A program made the position numbers and the translations under genes. DNA of 64,000 bases from NCBI RefSeq assembly GCF_009914755.1, contig NC_060927.1. One strand, 5' to 3'. The stretch is from the human T2T-CHM13v2.0 reference genome, Homo sapiens. This document shows positions 12,523 through 25,366 of this stretch, in pieces. Below the pieces are notes generated by a model. It was not told the DNA's origin. It searched no databases and saw nothing but the letters and a program-made list of their open reading frames with translations. The first letter of the stretch is position 1, and every line of letters begins with the position of its first letter.

Positions 12523-12523
<1 letters not shown>

Positions 12524-12559
<36 letters not shown>
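12524..12559. repeat. (CA)18 microsatellite
   Basis: Read directly from the sequence. Confidence 0.95.
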
Positions 12560-12561
<2 letters not shown>

Positions 12562-15500
12562 TGTTTAACACTCTGGCTTTACTACTTTGTCACAACTGTG
12601 ATAGAATGGAGATTACTGGCCATTCAAATATTATTTAAACCCAACTGCCAGTTGCTGTAGTCATACAAAAGGCCCTCTACGTAACCAGCTGTGTCTTATA
12701 AAGCTGGTTGTTCTCTTTCCCCTACCACCAGTTTTCTTTATTTTATCAGCAAGCTGTGGTTGGTTGTTTTTCCACCATCCAAACATATTTGGCCACATTA
12801 GAGTTTTATTTGTTGGGGTAACTTCTAGATGAGATTTTATGTCGGTCCTAATCTAAAACATGAATTCCAGCAGCTTCCCCTCCTGTCTTGTTTGAGGGCA
12901 TAGAGGGGCAATGCACACAATAAAATTTGGTGAATGTTGCTATTAGAAGTTCCTTATGAGGAATGTAATAATTTGAACTAGGTTGCTGGTCTGAGCTCAC
13001 AGAGATAACCTTTTAAACCAGTTTGTAGGATACTGTGTCTTATTATTTTCACATCTTCAATACAATCTTCTGTTTGACCCCTACGATATCAGGATTAAAT
13101 CTACCCCCATACATATGGCCGCCAGAATGTAGCAAAGGGAAATGGTTAAGTGATTTAAATTCTTCACCCCTGAAAGCTTTCAACTCATTGATGTTCAAAA
13201 ATAAGTTGAAGAATCTAGCACAGGCTGCTCAGAAACTAACAAATCAATGTGCCAATTGCCAATCAAACATATAAAGCCAATTTTCAGCTACCCTCCCCTT
13301 CAAACTATTCACAGAGGGTCCAGTTTAAGAGAGAAGTCAGCCAGAGTCTTCTCTTCATGGTCTTTAGGCTGCCGTTCAATTAATGGAAAGAAGTGGCAAC
13401 AGAAGTTAATAACTATTCCTGATCATTGAAGCAATCTACAGAAGAGGCTGGGAGGTAAGAGAACTGGGAGAAATTGAATCTGATAGGTGGAGCCATGTAA
13501 ATATCCTCTGTGCTTCTTTACTATCCCCTCTCCACCAGGCAGTGCCATGGCATCTGCTCCCAAACTGTTCCCATCCTGTTCAAAAACTGTCCTGAATATA
13601 TATTGGGCTTAATGACCAAATGTTTAAAAATTCATTGCACAAGAACAGCTGAAAGCAGTTGATTGGTTTGAACTTTATTGGATGCACCTTGCTTCCCAGA
13701 ACTGCAGTAAAGGGGAAGGTCAGCTGGTAAACATTTGGGCATTTAAAAACTAAGAGGCCCGAGATTTCCCAACATCCCTGTCTGTTTTCCTTACCCAGAG
13801 CATTGGGCACTACTAAGTTCTTTGTGCTGAGCTGAAGGTTTGGTTTCATCTGCTGGTGTCCTAATACAGGAGGGTCAGAACGGACTTGGAGAAGTGCCTG
13901 CCCAATAACTCCTGTCAGACTCCAGCCCTGTGATGTTAATGTCTGCAAACTTTGTCTTCCTCGATGTGGGGAGTCATTTCAGTTGAAGAAAGTAGGTATT
14001 TTTTGTTTTTTCCTCAAGTACTGTTTATAAGTGATTGTCGTTCTGAGACAGATCAGTCTTCTCCAGGAAAGGCCAAATTGCATTATATTCTAAGGAGACT
14101 CATCACTGGACTGAACTTTAGAAGTTTGCCCTATGTGCATATAATAGAAGCACCAAGGGAATGGCAACTTCATAATGTCTTCCGTAATGTTACATTCTCA
14201 AATCATGGCATCACCTTGGAATGTATTATTGGGAAAAGAAATTATTTGCTAAAACAATGACTGTTTGGCATGACAAAACAGTCAAAGTCCTGCTTACAGT
14301 GGGCTGCTTAAGTAGATAAAGTCTATCTTAATTCTGGAAAAGCTTGTACAATTTTTAATACCCTGTTCCTTCTTTATTAGCCACAACTTTTCACTCCCTG
14401 CTTTTCCTTCTTTCTTGTCTGCACAGGGAAATCCTGTGCTTCTCTACATCAGCTAATATTTGATCAATCTGATTCTAGTTATTATTGATGTAAACAAACC
14501 TCAAAGAAACTCAGGCACTGGAAGCATCTGTGAAATGGACTGTGTTGAACAATGGCATTTGGGGTGGGAGAGAGAAGGAATGAGGATGAATGGAAGAGAT
14601 GGTATACTTTTTCTTCCCGCAGTTTCAAGCTATTTCCTCCTGTGATCTCATAGCATTTACTGTTGTTTCCACCCCTGCAATTATTTCTATTACAAAAACT
14701 GAGTCCTTTTGCTTTATTTGGGGGCCCTTGGAGTATACGTGTGTTTTAAACTCACTCTTCTCTTCAACTGATTTATTCCTTTCTTCTTTATAATTTTCCC
14801 TTTCTCAGTGTGTAGCCCTTTGTTATTAGAATGATAATCATAATAATAGCAGGAATGTAATTTCCCATAATGCTAATAGTAGCTGTGTGCACATACACAC
14901 CCAGCTTATTCTTAGATTCATTTACGCTCTGACTTCTTCATCTCGTATTTAAATACAGCAGGTGTTTATCTTCATCAAGAAATGTTTGTTGAGCTTCTCC
15001 AGGGAGCATGGGGCTGTCCCTAGGTGCCGTGGGCTTACACAGGGCAGATTCAAAGATGTGGAAGTACTTTTTTTTTCCCTAAGACCCAGGAGCACAGAAT
15101 TTTATTTCATTTCTTCAGATGTTGTAAGTGGCAGAAAGTTTAATTCTGCTTACCTAAAATTCCCTCAGCTCTGTTGGCAAGGACAGACAGACCAAAGCGT
15201 ACTAACTTCAATTATTGAATAGCGTCCTGCTTTTAATGTGGTACTCTGCTTCAAAAGTATTATTGAGAGGGATTCTCTTTTTGCAGGCATTAGATGGAAA
15301 GAATAGATGGTGATTAAATAAGTGCTGTTATTTTTTTTTTTTTTTCTGAAGCTCTTCAGCAGCCTGAGAACATGACATTACTCTTCATGGTGCCTTTACG
15401 ATACAGGTAGAATTCAATCGAACAAGGAAGTTGAGTCCTCAAAGTGGGTTATATGTAGTAATAATAATACCTTTCTAAATTAGCTTTTGGTTTTAAAAAG

Positions 15501-15659
15501 TGCTTCCTGCTTTTTTTTTTTGAGATGGATTCTGAAGTATCTAAAATAAATACATACTAATATCTGTAGTTATTTTTAAAAATTTATCAAAAGTAATACA
15601 AATACAGCAAAATATAATCATTCAATCTCAAAAGAAACAACAAAAAGTGTTTCTTTATA

Positions 15660-15840
15660 ATTCTTCTCATTGGTACCTCATTAAAGCCCAGTGAATTTGT
15701 TACAACAAAAAGTTTCATCCCTGTTTTATAGACGAGGATCATGTGGCTAAGAGAAGTAGACTGCTTAAGATCACATGGCTAACAACTGCTTTCATCAGGA
15801 TCAGGATGCAGGTTTTCTAATTCCAAATCCAGCGCTTTCA
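15660..15840 (-). mobile_element. MIR
   Basis: Reverse MIR core CCCTGTTTTATAGACGAGGA..GGCTAAGAGAAGT..AAGATCACATGGCTA. Confidence 0.7.
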
Positions 15841-16129
15841 TTTTCCTTCTTTTTAACCATAGTAGGTTGCTCCCTAACAATTATAGTTACAACTGAACAT
15901 TCAGGTTGGTCCACATTAGTTGATTGTGGATCTAACATTAGTTGTGTCCACAACATTAGTTTTGGACCTAACCTTCTAAAATCTGGATTGACAACTTTAC
16001 TATCAAATAGAAGCACTGAATTAATCAGACAAATTATCCAAGGTAAAAGTTAAAATGTGTCCAAATTGGCCAGTAACTTAAAATATGTTCATGTTTTCTA
16101 TCTTGAATTTCTTACTTTTAGTAGGATAA

Positions 16130-16325
16130 CATAATGTTAACAGCTGAGATTCTGGGGGTAAGTCAGATTATCAGAGTGACCCTGAATAAGTGTTTTTACC
16201 CTCTCATACCATAGTGTAGGTAATAGAAGCACCTGCTCACAGAGTTGTGAATATTAAATAAGGTAATGTACTTGAAGTTCTTAACACTATGTCTGCTACA
16301 GAGTAAAAGCTCAAATACTACTCAC
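16130..16325 (+). mobile_element. MIR
   Basis: GTGACCCTGAATAAGT..GAGTTGTGAATATTAAATAAGGTAATGTA..; diverged. Confidence 0.65.
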
Positions 16326-16699
16326 TAAATACTGTAGTTATTACTGGTGACACTACTACATTTACATTAAATTAAACCTCAGCCAGTGTACCTTAAACGT
16401 TGAAATGGCTATAAAAAAATCGAAAATTTTACCTAAAAAAAAAATAAGAAGTTAGAGCACATGAAAACTACTTAAACTAGATATACCTTGGTCACTGTAA
16501 TGTACCTAGATACATCCACCAGAACACCAGAAAGCAAGATCAAAATAAAATATAGGCTATTGGGTCTTTTCTGGAGGTAAAGAGCAATGGATAAAATATC
16601 GAGATTACTGAATATGATGGGATTCAAGATTATTGGTAATGAAAAGCTGTAGTTTCAAAAGGATGAATAGATAATTTAAGGAGAACAAATCTGAATGAT

Positions 16700-17300
16700 C
16701 AGCAAATATGAAATGCTCCAGGTCATGAGTATTCAGAAGTGCAAGTTAAAGTAACAGTGAGATATATCACCTAACAAATTGTCAAAGAAAATTATTTAAA
16801 GTGATAATACTAATTACTTGTAGGGATGCACAGAAAAAGTAATCTCATATATTCTAATGACAGAAATGAAGTAGAAATATGATTCTAATGACAGCCATGA
16901 AAAATAAATTGTGTAAAGGGTTCAAATCCATTTCTGGAAATATAGTCCTTGGATATAAAACCACCAGTAGGCAAGTCCACATATACAAAGCATATTATAA
17001 GATTGTTCATAGGAATAAAATCTAGAACCAGTGACTGGCTAATGATATGTATGGTACATCTACACCATGTAATATGTCCATTAAAAAGAATAGATTAGTG
17101 CTCTTCCAGTTTACTTGAGAGGATTTCCAAGAGTGTTATGGAGCAAAAACAGTAAGATGCAAACAAAGGTTTGCCAAATGGTCACATTTTAATAAAGCAA
17201 ACAATATATACATGATGTGTGTGTGTATGCTTATATGAGCATTGAGGAAAGTAAAGTGGAATGCATAGAAGAGTGTTAAACTTATAGCATGCAGGAGACA
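16700..17300 (+). mobile_element. Ancient L1ME-like fragment
   Basis: TGCAAGTTAAAGTAACAGTGAGATA.. and ATGGTACATCTACACCATG.AATA.. motifs of the L1M ORF2 end. Confidence 0.6.
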
Positions 17301-17448
17301 AAAGTTTTAAGTGCACCAAAAATATATGCACACCTGTATATAAGACACGTCCCATTTAAACTATAATACATATATAGTGTATATATGTCTTATATATAAG
17401 TATGTAGAAATTAAAGAATTGTTTGAATGTATTAACTTATTGGAAGTT

Positions 17449-17494
17449 AATGGAGTATATAATAAATGGAGTATATAATGGAGTATATAATAAA
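17449..17494. repeat. Short tandem repeat, 3 x ATGGAGTATATA(AT)
   Basis: Read directly from the sequence. Confidence 0.8.
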
Positions 17495-17560
17495 GCAAAT
17501 TGCAAGCAACTTGGTTAGCATCATGCCATGTTGTTTAAAAGCAAATGAACAGATAAAACC

Positions 17561-17632
17561 TGTGTGTGTATGTGTGTGTATATATATGTATATATGTGTG
17601 TGTGTGTATATATATACACACATACACACAAA

Positions 17633-17714
<82 letters not shown>
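17561..17714. repeat. Compound (TG)n/(TA)n/(CA)n/(TA)16 microsatellite
   Basis: Read directly from the sequence. Confidence 0.95.
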
Positions 17715-17721
17715 AATAAAA

Positions 17722-17934
17722 CAGGACAGCAAATTTTGGCCAGTAGGCCACATTCCCGCTGGCTACCTATTCTTGTAAAGTTTTATGGGAACACAATCAC
17801 ATCTATTTTTGTGCTGTCTACCACTGTTTTCTTCCTATAAGGGCAGGGTTGAGCAGTTTCTACAAAGACCATATTACCAGCACAGACTAAAATATTTACT
17901 ATGTAGCCCTTTACAGAAAGTTTGTCAGCCCCTA
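17722..17934. mobile_element. MER58A (hAT-Charlie MITE)
   Basis: TAAAGTTTTATGGGAACACA..CTAAAATATTTACTAT.T.GCCCTTTACAGAAAGTTTG.CA.CCCCT. Confidence 0.82.
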
Positions 17935-18185
17935 GCATACATGATTGTATATTCACATAAGCAAACAGAAAGGTGAGGGTGCACACCAGACTGTTACTAT
18001 TGGCTATGTCAGGAATCAGGATTGGATGGGCATAAGGAATAATAATTAGCTTTTGTCACGATTGTTACTACATGCATGTATTATTTTCATAATTTGGTAT
18101 CCAGTAAAGAGTACTAAAAGTTTAACAATTTCAAAAAGAACAATCACCTTAGAAAACATATAATTTGGGATGGGAGGATTGGGAT

Positions 18186-18700
18186 TATTCATTCATAAAC
18201 AAATATTTGAGTGAGTCCATGTGTTAAGTATTAGAGACATATATAAGCAGGAGAGTAGGAACTTACAGGCTCTGCAAGAAGCCAATGTAATCAGTGTTTT
18301 TAAAAAATGCCATAATGAAGATAAATGTGCTGAGGAGCAAACTAGTTCATTGAGAGATTTGGGAAATGCTTCACATAGCAGGTAACATTTGAGTTATATC
18401 TCAAAAGGTAAATCAGTGTTTCTCAGGTACAGAAAGGAATTGTCCAGGCAGAACTGAACAGAGAATAGAATGGGTCAATCAAAGACATGAATGAGAGCTC
18501 ATAATTCACAGAGCAAGAAAAAGCTAAAGCATAGCTCAAAAACAAAGTTGCAGGGCTTATAGGAAGATGGTGGAGGAGGTTTGGGAGTCAAAGATAGGTT
18601 TTAAACTATAGGTTGTCCTTACCTTTTGGAAGGTAATGTAGGTTGTCTTGGACTTTGTTGTATCAACAATAGAGAGTCACTTCAGGTTTTTAAAGAAGTT
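18186..18700 (-). mobile_element. L2 fragment (host of the L1MA insertion)
   Basis: ATTCATTCATAAACAAATATTTGAG 3' end followed by purine-rich reverse L2 body. Confidence 0.65.
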
Positions 18701-18712
18701 ATTATCTTGAGA

Positions 18713-19504
18713 AAACCTCCAAACTGTTCTCCATAGTGGCTGTGCTAATTTACATTCCCACCAACAGTGTGCAAGTGTTCTCCTTTCTCTGCATCCTCAC
18801 CAGCATTTGTTATTGCCCGTCTTTTGGAGATAAGCCATTTTAACTGGAGTGAGATGATAGCTCATTGTAGTTTTGATTTACAGTTCTCTGATCAGTGATG
18901 TTGAGTACTTTTTCATGTACCCATTTGCCATTTGTATGTCTTATTTTGAGAAATGCCTATTCCAATGTTTTGCCCATTTTTTTAATCAGATGATTGGATT
19001 TTTTTCCTATAGAATAGTGTGAGCTCTTTATCTATTCTGGTTATTAATCACTTGTCAGATGGGTAATTTGCAAATGTTTTCTCCCATTCTGTGGCTTGTC
19101 TCTTCACTTTGTTGACTATATCCTTTACTGCACAGAAGCTTTTGAACTTGATGTGATCCCATTTCTTCATTTTTGCTTTGGTTGCTTGTGCTTGTGGGGT
19201 ATTGCTCAAGAAATGTTTGCCCAGACCAATGTCCTGGAGATTCTCCTCAGTGTTCTCTTGTAGTAGTTTCATAGTTTGAGGTCTTAGAGTTAAGTCTTTA
19301 ATCCATTTTGATTTGATTTCTGTATATGGTGAGAGATACAGGTCTTGTTTCACTCTAATGCATGTGGATACTCAGTTTTCCCAGCACCATTTATTGAAGA
19401 GACTGTCTTTTCCTCAGTGTGTGTCTTCGACACCTTTGTCAAAAAATAAGTTCACTATAGGTGTGTGGGTTTGGTTTTGGGTTCTCTGTTCTGTTCCATT
19501 GGCT
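18713..19504 (-). mobile_element. L1MA (L1MA2-like), inverted 5' segment
   Basis: Minus-strand ORF2 C-terminal peptide (YLSPYTEIKSKWIKDL..AQATKAKMKKWDHIKFKSFC..WEKTFANYPSDK). Confidence 0.9.
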
Positions 19505-20238
19505 TACCATATGAGCCAGCAATCCCAGTGCTGGGTATATACCCAAAGTAAGGAAATCAGTATATTGAAGAGATATCTGCATTCCTTTTTTGCTGTTGTT
19601 GTTCCTTTTTTGTTGCAGCACTGTTTACAATAGCTAAGATTTGGAAGCAACCTAAGTGTCTATCAACAGATGAATGGATAAGGAAAATGTGGTACATACA
19701 TACAATGGAGTACTATTCAGCCATAAAAAAGAATGAGATCAGTCATTTGTAACAATATAAATGGAACTGGAGATCATTACATTAAGTTAAATAAGCCAGG
19801 CACAGAAAGGCAAACATCATATGTTCTCACTTATCTGTGGGATCTAAAAATCAAAACAATTTGAACTCAGAGTAAAAGGATGGTTACCAGAGGTTGAGAA
19901 GGGTAGTGGGAGGCTGGGGACAAGGTGGGGATGGTTAATGGGTACCAAATAAATAGAATGAATAAGACCTAGTTTCTGATAGCACAATAGGGTGACTATA
20001 GTCAATAATAACTTAATTGTACTTTTAAAAATAGAGTGTAATTGTATTGTTTGTGATGCAAAGGATAAATGCTTGAGGGGATGGATAGCCCATTCTCCAT
20101 GACATGCTTATTTCACGTTGCATGCCTTATCAAAACATCATATATTTATGGGGTACATGGTATGTTTTGATAAAGGCATGCAATGTGATATATATATACA
20201 TGTACTATGTATCCACAAAAATTTTATAAAATAAAAAA
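19505..20238 (+). mobile_element. L1MA (L1MA2-like), sense 3' segment with A tail
   Basis: TACCATATGA.CCAGCAATCCC.. through the L1MA2-type 3' UTR (ATGCTTGAGGGGATGGATA.CCCATTCTCCATGA). Whole insertion is flanked by ATTATCTTGAGA at 18701-18712 and 20258-20269. Confidence 0.9.
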
Positions 20239-20399
20239 GCTGATAGGTACAAAAATGATTATCTTGAGATTTGTGTTTCAGAAAGGTATCTCTCTCATCA
20301 AAGAGAAGATTTAGAGAGCAGGAGATGGTTACATTAACAGAACAAGCTACATGTAACTTTCTCAGGTTGACAAGGCATTTTAATAAACAATGAGGAAAA

Positions 20400-20615
20400 T
20401 AGTAACAGCTAGTATTTATTGATTATTATATATCAGGCACTCTTCTAAAGCACTCCGCATATGTTAATTCCTTATGTCCTCATATTGGTTACTTCCTCAC
20501 ATTTTACAGATGAGAAAACTGAGAAACTGAGACATTAAGTGACTTGCCCAAAGTCACAGAGTTATTAAATGGCACAGCTAGGATTTGAACCTGGACAGTT
20601 TGGCACCCGTCTATA
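20400..20615 (-). mobile_element. MIR
   Basis: ATTTTACAGATGAGAAAACTGAG..AAGTGACTTGCCCAAAGTCACA..GGATTTGAACC. Confidence 0.85.
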
Positions 20616-23600
20616 CTTCCAACTATTCCAGTATTCCATTTGAGGCAAGTTAACTTTCATTAATCTCCTGCCACATGCCAGGCAGTCTTACATGCTAGGG
20701 CCTCAGGCCTTGCTCTGTGAGAGTTTTCTCATAGTTTAATGCCTGGGCTAGCAAATGGATTGATTGGAAGTGGCTGACTGGTATGTTGAGTTGAGAGACT
20801 TTGACTCAGAGTTGGGTGATCCTTTAGATACGTGTGCCATGACTGAGGGAGGGAGGTAGTATAAGACTTGCTGACTTCCTAATGGCTTAGGTGGATACCG
20901 TGACTGACACAGAAAACAAAATAGGCAGAGATGGTCTTGTTCAGAATGGTTGCCCAGGGGAGTTTGGGTGGCATGTCTATATGTCCTTGTGGAGTTTTAT
21001 TAGACTCTGCCCCTCCCCATAGTGCTCCCACCTACTGAACTCATCCAATTGTCCTGGTGGTTCGTGAGGTCAATTCCCCCAGACTCTAGGTCATCACTTA
21101 GCAATGCAGACTCCAGGATTTATTATTGCTGTCTCCTAGCAAATACATGAAATTCACTTTAGTTCAAACCACCCAAGCATGACAACTCCAATAATGATGT
21201 TTTAATAGTGTCTACTGTGTAAAAGTTTCTTGAAATCTGATATCTGACATGAGCTAATATAAGCAATATCACAGCCCCCCATTTTTTTTAATAAAACAGT
21301 TCCTTAAATGAGGAACTCAGTTGTACTGTACTGATAAAACCTAATGATTTCTAAAATGACGTTTTACTCCAATATTTATAATTTCATTGTTAACCAAGAT
21401 TGTATTGTGGTATTTCAGAATATAAGCAATAATGTTCCTCAGCCTAAGTACGTTGAATTCACCTCAGAAAATTTAGGTAACTAATTATCTGAAACTACTG
21501 AGGCGGTGACTGTTTGCTTCCTGTATGATTACACTATAATGTGAGGTTTTTCTGTAATGGAACAAAAACAATCCAAATTCTTTGCTCAGTATGCTAACTG
21601 GCTACTCTAAAAATTGCTGTTAGGTTACTTGCAAATTTTTGTATAATGAGTATTCAGGTTCAGCTTAACAAGGTTGACATTGTTTGGGGGTAACAGATGT
21701 GTGCTTACATAGTTTTAAATGAAACCAAGCCCCAAAGAGGCTCAATAAACAAATGACAATGTTTGGAAAAGAAAGAAGCTTGTTTCCTTTGATAGGGTGC
21801 AGGGAATTTAACCAACCTGTGTTTATAATTACTGTCTGGTTTAGTTAGTGCGAAAGAATCTACTTGCTACTCACTTATAAATAAACAAAATAGACCTACT
21901 TTCCTATTTTGCAGCCGGCCTTTTGGAGTTTATTTTTCTTTTTCTTTCTCTTTTTTATTGACTACAGACCACTTACTTTATGTCCAAATTATGTTGTTCC
22001 ATTTTAAACATTCTTCTGGTTTTAGAGTCTCCCCTTCTTTAATTCTTGGCCTGACTTATAAAGATGACACCTTCTCCCATATTTCAAGTCTTCCCTGCTC
22101 TCACAGCAAATCTGTAAATTACTAAACTGTAGTCAGTCGTCCACATTTGGATGTTTGGTTGAATACCAAAGGTGATTTTTTTTTTTTGGCAAGCTTATAT
22201 AGAAAACAAGTTGCTACTACCCAGTTAATTGTAAAGCAACATCAAATGAACACTGTCAGTTTCGGGCCGTGGGAGAACATTGTGTAGAATATGAAGTCAA
22301 TTGTTTGAACCTTCTGAACAGGCACATATTTTTGAGAAATTAAATCTCACCTTTTAAATACACAAAGGCATGCTGTCTACTTTTGAGAAGAATTGTAGAA
22401 ATCCATTAATTGTTTTGAAATATTCCCTTGGAGATCTTGCTATCAGTAAATTTACTGCTTGCTTTATGTCTATTGTTAGTTAATTGGAGCAGGTATATTG
22501 ATTTAAACTTTGGGTTGGCTTCACAAACTATTTCTTTTATTTTTCCCTTAACTTAAGAATTAATTGTGCTAACATAAAGATAGGTCATAAGGAAAAAGAT
22601 ATTGCATTTTCATTTCCATGTAGTTGTATTTTTAAAAAATCTACTTAACCAAATGCTTTCTCAAAATTCTCCTGCTCCTTGAAATTAACATTGGACTATT
22701 TGTTATTGAAATCACTCTTCGGTGTTAAGACAGATTTTTACTAGTATGTGGATTTACCTTTTATGAAGATTGCATTAATCCATCACGAAAATTTTAAAAC
22801 TCAATAAATTCATTTTACCATAAAAGATGTATAAAGCCATAAGCCTTTTCCAGATGTGGATGTGGATATAAGTTAAAAAAAAACTCGTCTGTTCTGAGAG
22901 AGGAAAAACTGTTGACATTTCTTTGAAGTGTAATCTCTTTTGTTTATTTGGTTTTTAATAGCTTCCAGCAGTTAGCCACATATTTTTTAAGTGATGTTGC
23001 TCACATACTCTTTTTTTTTATTTTTAGTTGTGAGTGGCATTAACTTGCTGCCCTAAATTTAGAAGCATAACCTGTAAAGAAAGAAGACCATCCCTGAGAT
23101 GTGTAAGTGAGTAATTGCCAAAAAGTGCAAGTCCCCATTGTGCTCAGCAACTGTTCTAAAATGGAAACTATGGGGAGCAGAGGTCAGTGAGTCAATTTGC
23201 TATTGTACTAGTCTTTAATATTTATTTATAAAGGACAATCTTTAGATGTTGCAGATTTTAATAGTAAAAACATTTTATTCTTTCTCTATGCCAGTTATCT
23301 GACCATTCAATGTAAACCAAAGATAAAGAATTTTTCAGCCTAACCATTGTGCATGTCACCTGTGTTCCATGGCATAACATGTGCATGTATGCACGTGGGG
23401 ATGCACAAATATCCTGTAAATGAGAGGGGAAATTTACAGTGATAAAAAAAATCATTAAAATTGAGTGGCTGAAAAGCCTGACACTGAAAAATGGAAACTA
23501 TTTGGAAAGTAAGTGAAAACTCAAAAAAAAAATATGTACAAGCTTTTGACATTTCATAATGATTTATATAACAGGCTGCATGAGAATTAATTTGATATCA

Positions 23601-25007
23601 GATATAATGCTAGCCATAACCAACTGCACAAAGCAGAGTGCATTCAAGGTTGAGAACGTTTTTATATATATAAATTAAGTTTGAAAACCATTTCTCATTC
23701 TGTCCAATCAATGTTTTTTAAATATTACTTATATTAATGGGATTCTCCAAAGTTTAATATGGTGGCTTTCGTATGTGCAAGTGGACTCGTGTAGGCATGT
23801 GGTTCATTCCCATCTGCAACAATTCTAATGTGCATTTTTATGTATGCTATATTTAAATGCTGTGTTTCTTTGGTTGAGATTGATTTTTTAACTGAGCTGA
23901 AAAATAGTCCTAAAATTTTAATACAATTCTACCAAACTGATACTATTGTTGTTAGAATAAATGAAAGAAGTGTGTCCTATAATTTTGAAGGAAATCCTGA
24001 GCAAAATCAACTTGTTCTATGTTTTTAATGCAGTTCTAAGCAATGTGCTGTACCCACTAGTAATAAAATTATTTTAAGGGATGCTCCTTGACCAGCAACT
24101 CAAGCTACATATTAAGATTTGCTCTGTTTTTCATGTGTTTTCCATCAGGGAAGTCTGTGGTTACCTTCCTGATTCTGCTGGACTGGAAAAACATAGCTAA
24201 TATGGTGTGATCTGGAGAAAGCTTTGATGCAGGGACTTTGCAAATAAACCTCCAGATGCCATATGGTTTACATTCATCTCTCAATTTATTTCCTATAAAT
24301 GTCTATTGAATATTCCATTGAACCAACACATGTGAAACAAGAGCTGAAAGAGAACAGTATATAGAATACTTTGTGGCAGCAAGTGATTATCATATTTCTT
24401 TCCCAATATTGCTACCAGCCTTAAATGCATGGCAAATTAGTCAAATGCCGAAGTTCTCAGACTTAAGGCAAAAATCAAGAGAAAATGTTTAAGTTATCAA
24501 AACAAACAGTCCCGTTTTTATGTTTGGGGTAAAGTATCATGCTTTGGAGCAGGATTTATTTGTGGCAGTACTGAGTCATGTGTTTAAGTTGCTGCCACTT
24601 AAAAAATAAAGTTCACGATGCCTAGGGAGGCAGAGAGAAATGCTATTAAGATGCTGCAAAGGAAAAATAATGCTCAGGGAAGAGTTTTACATGAATCTGT
24701 TTGTGGATTGGCAGGTTTTATATCATCCTCTTTGGTTCCATTCTGTTCTGGAATCCAGGCACCACCACACCATGATTCTGTATCAAGGAGACAGGCCAGA
24801 GTAATTCTTCTAAGAATTGTGTTTTCTTAATGCCTCCCTCAGCTCTCCATTCTCCTTCCTGTTAAGGCCAGTGTTTCCAAAGACTGTTTTCTTGAGGAAG
24901 ACTGTTTCCTTGAGTAACTAGAGAAGATTGTCCTGTAATTTTAGAGAATCCTTTTTTTCTCTTAAAACTGCCTGCTTGTTGCTGGTTTTGTCTTCCAGTG
25001 AGAACTC

Positions 25008-25366
<359 letters not shown>

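Noticed and set aside
17447-17840. Overlapping low-complexity ORFs (VCVC, HTHT, YIYI)
   Set aside because: Translation artefacts of dinucleotide repeats.
19048-19353. 101-aa ORF with clear protein similarity
   Set aside because: L1 ORF2 C-terminal fragment in a truncated, inverted copy.
20239-20257. GCTGATAGGTAC between the L1 A tail and TSD as a 3' transduction
   Set aside because: Too short to distinguish from a decayed tail.
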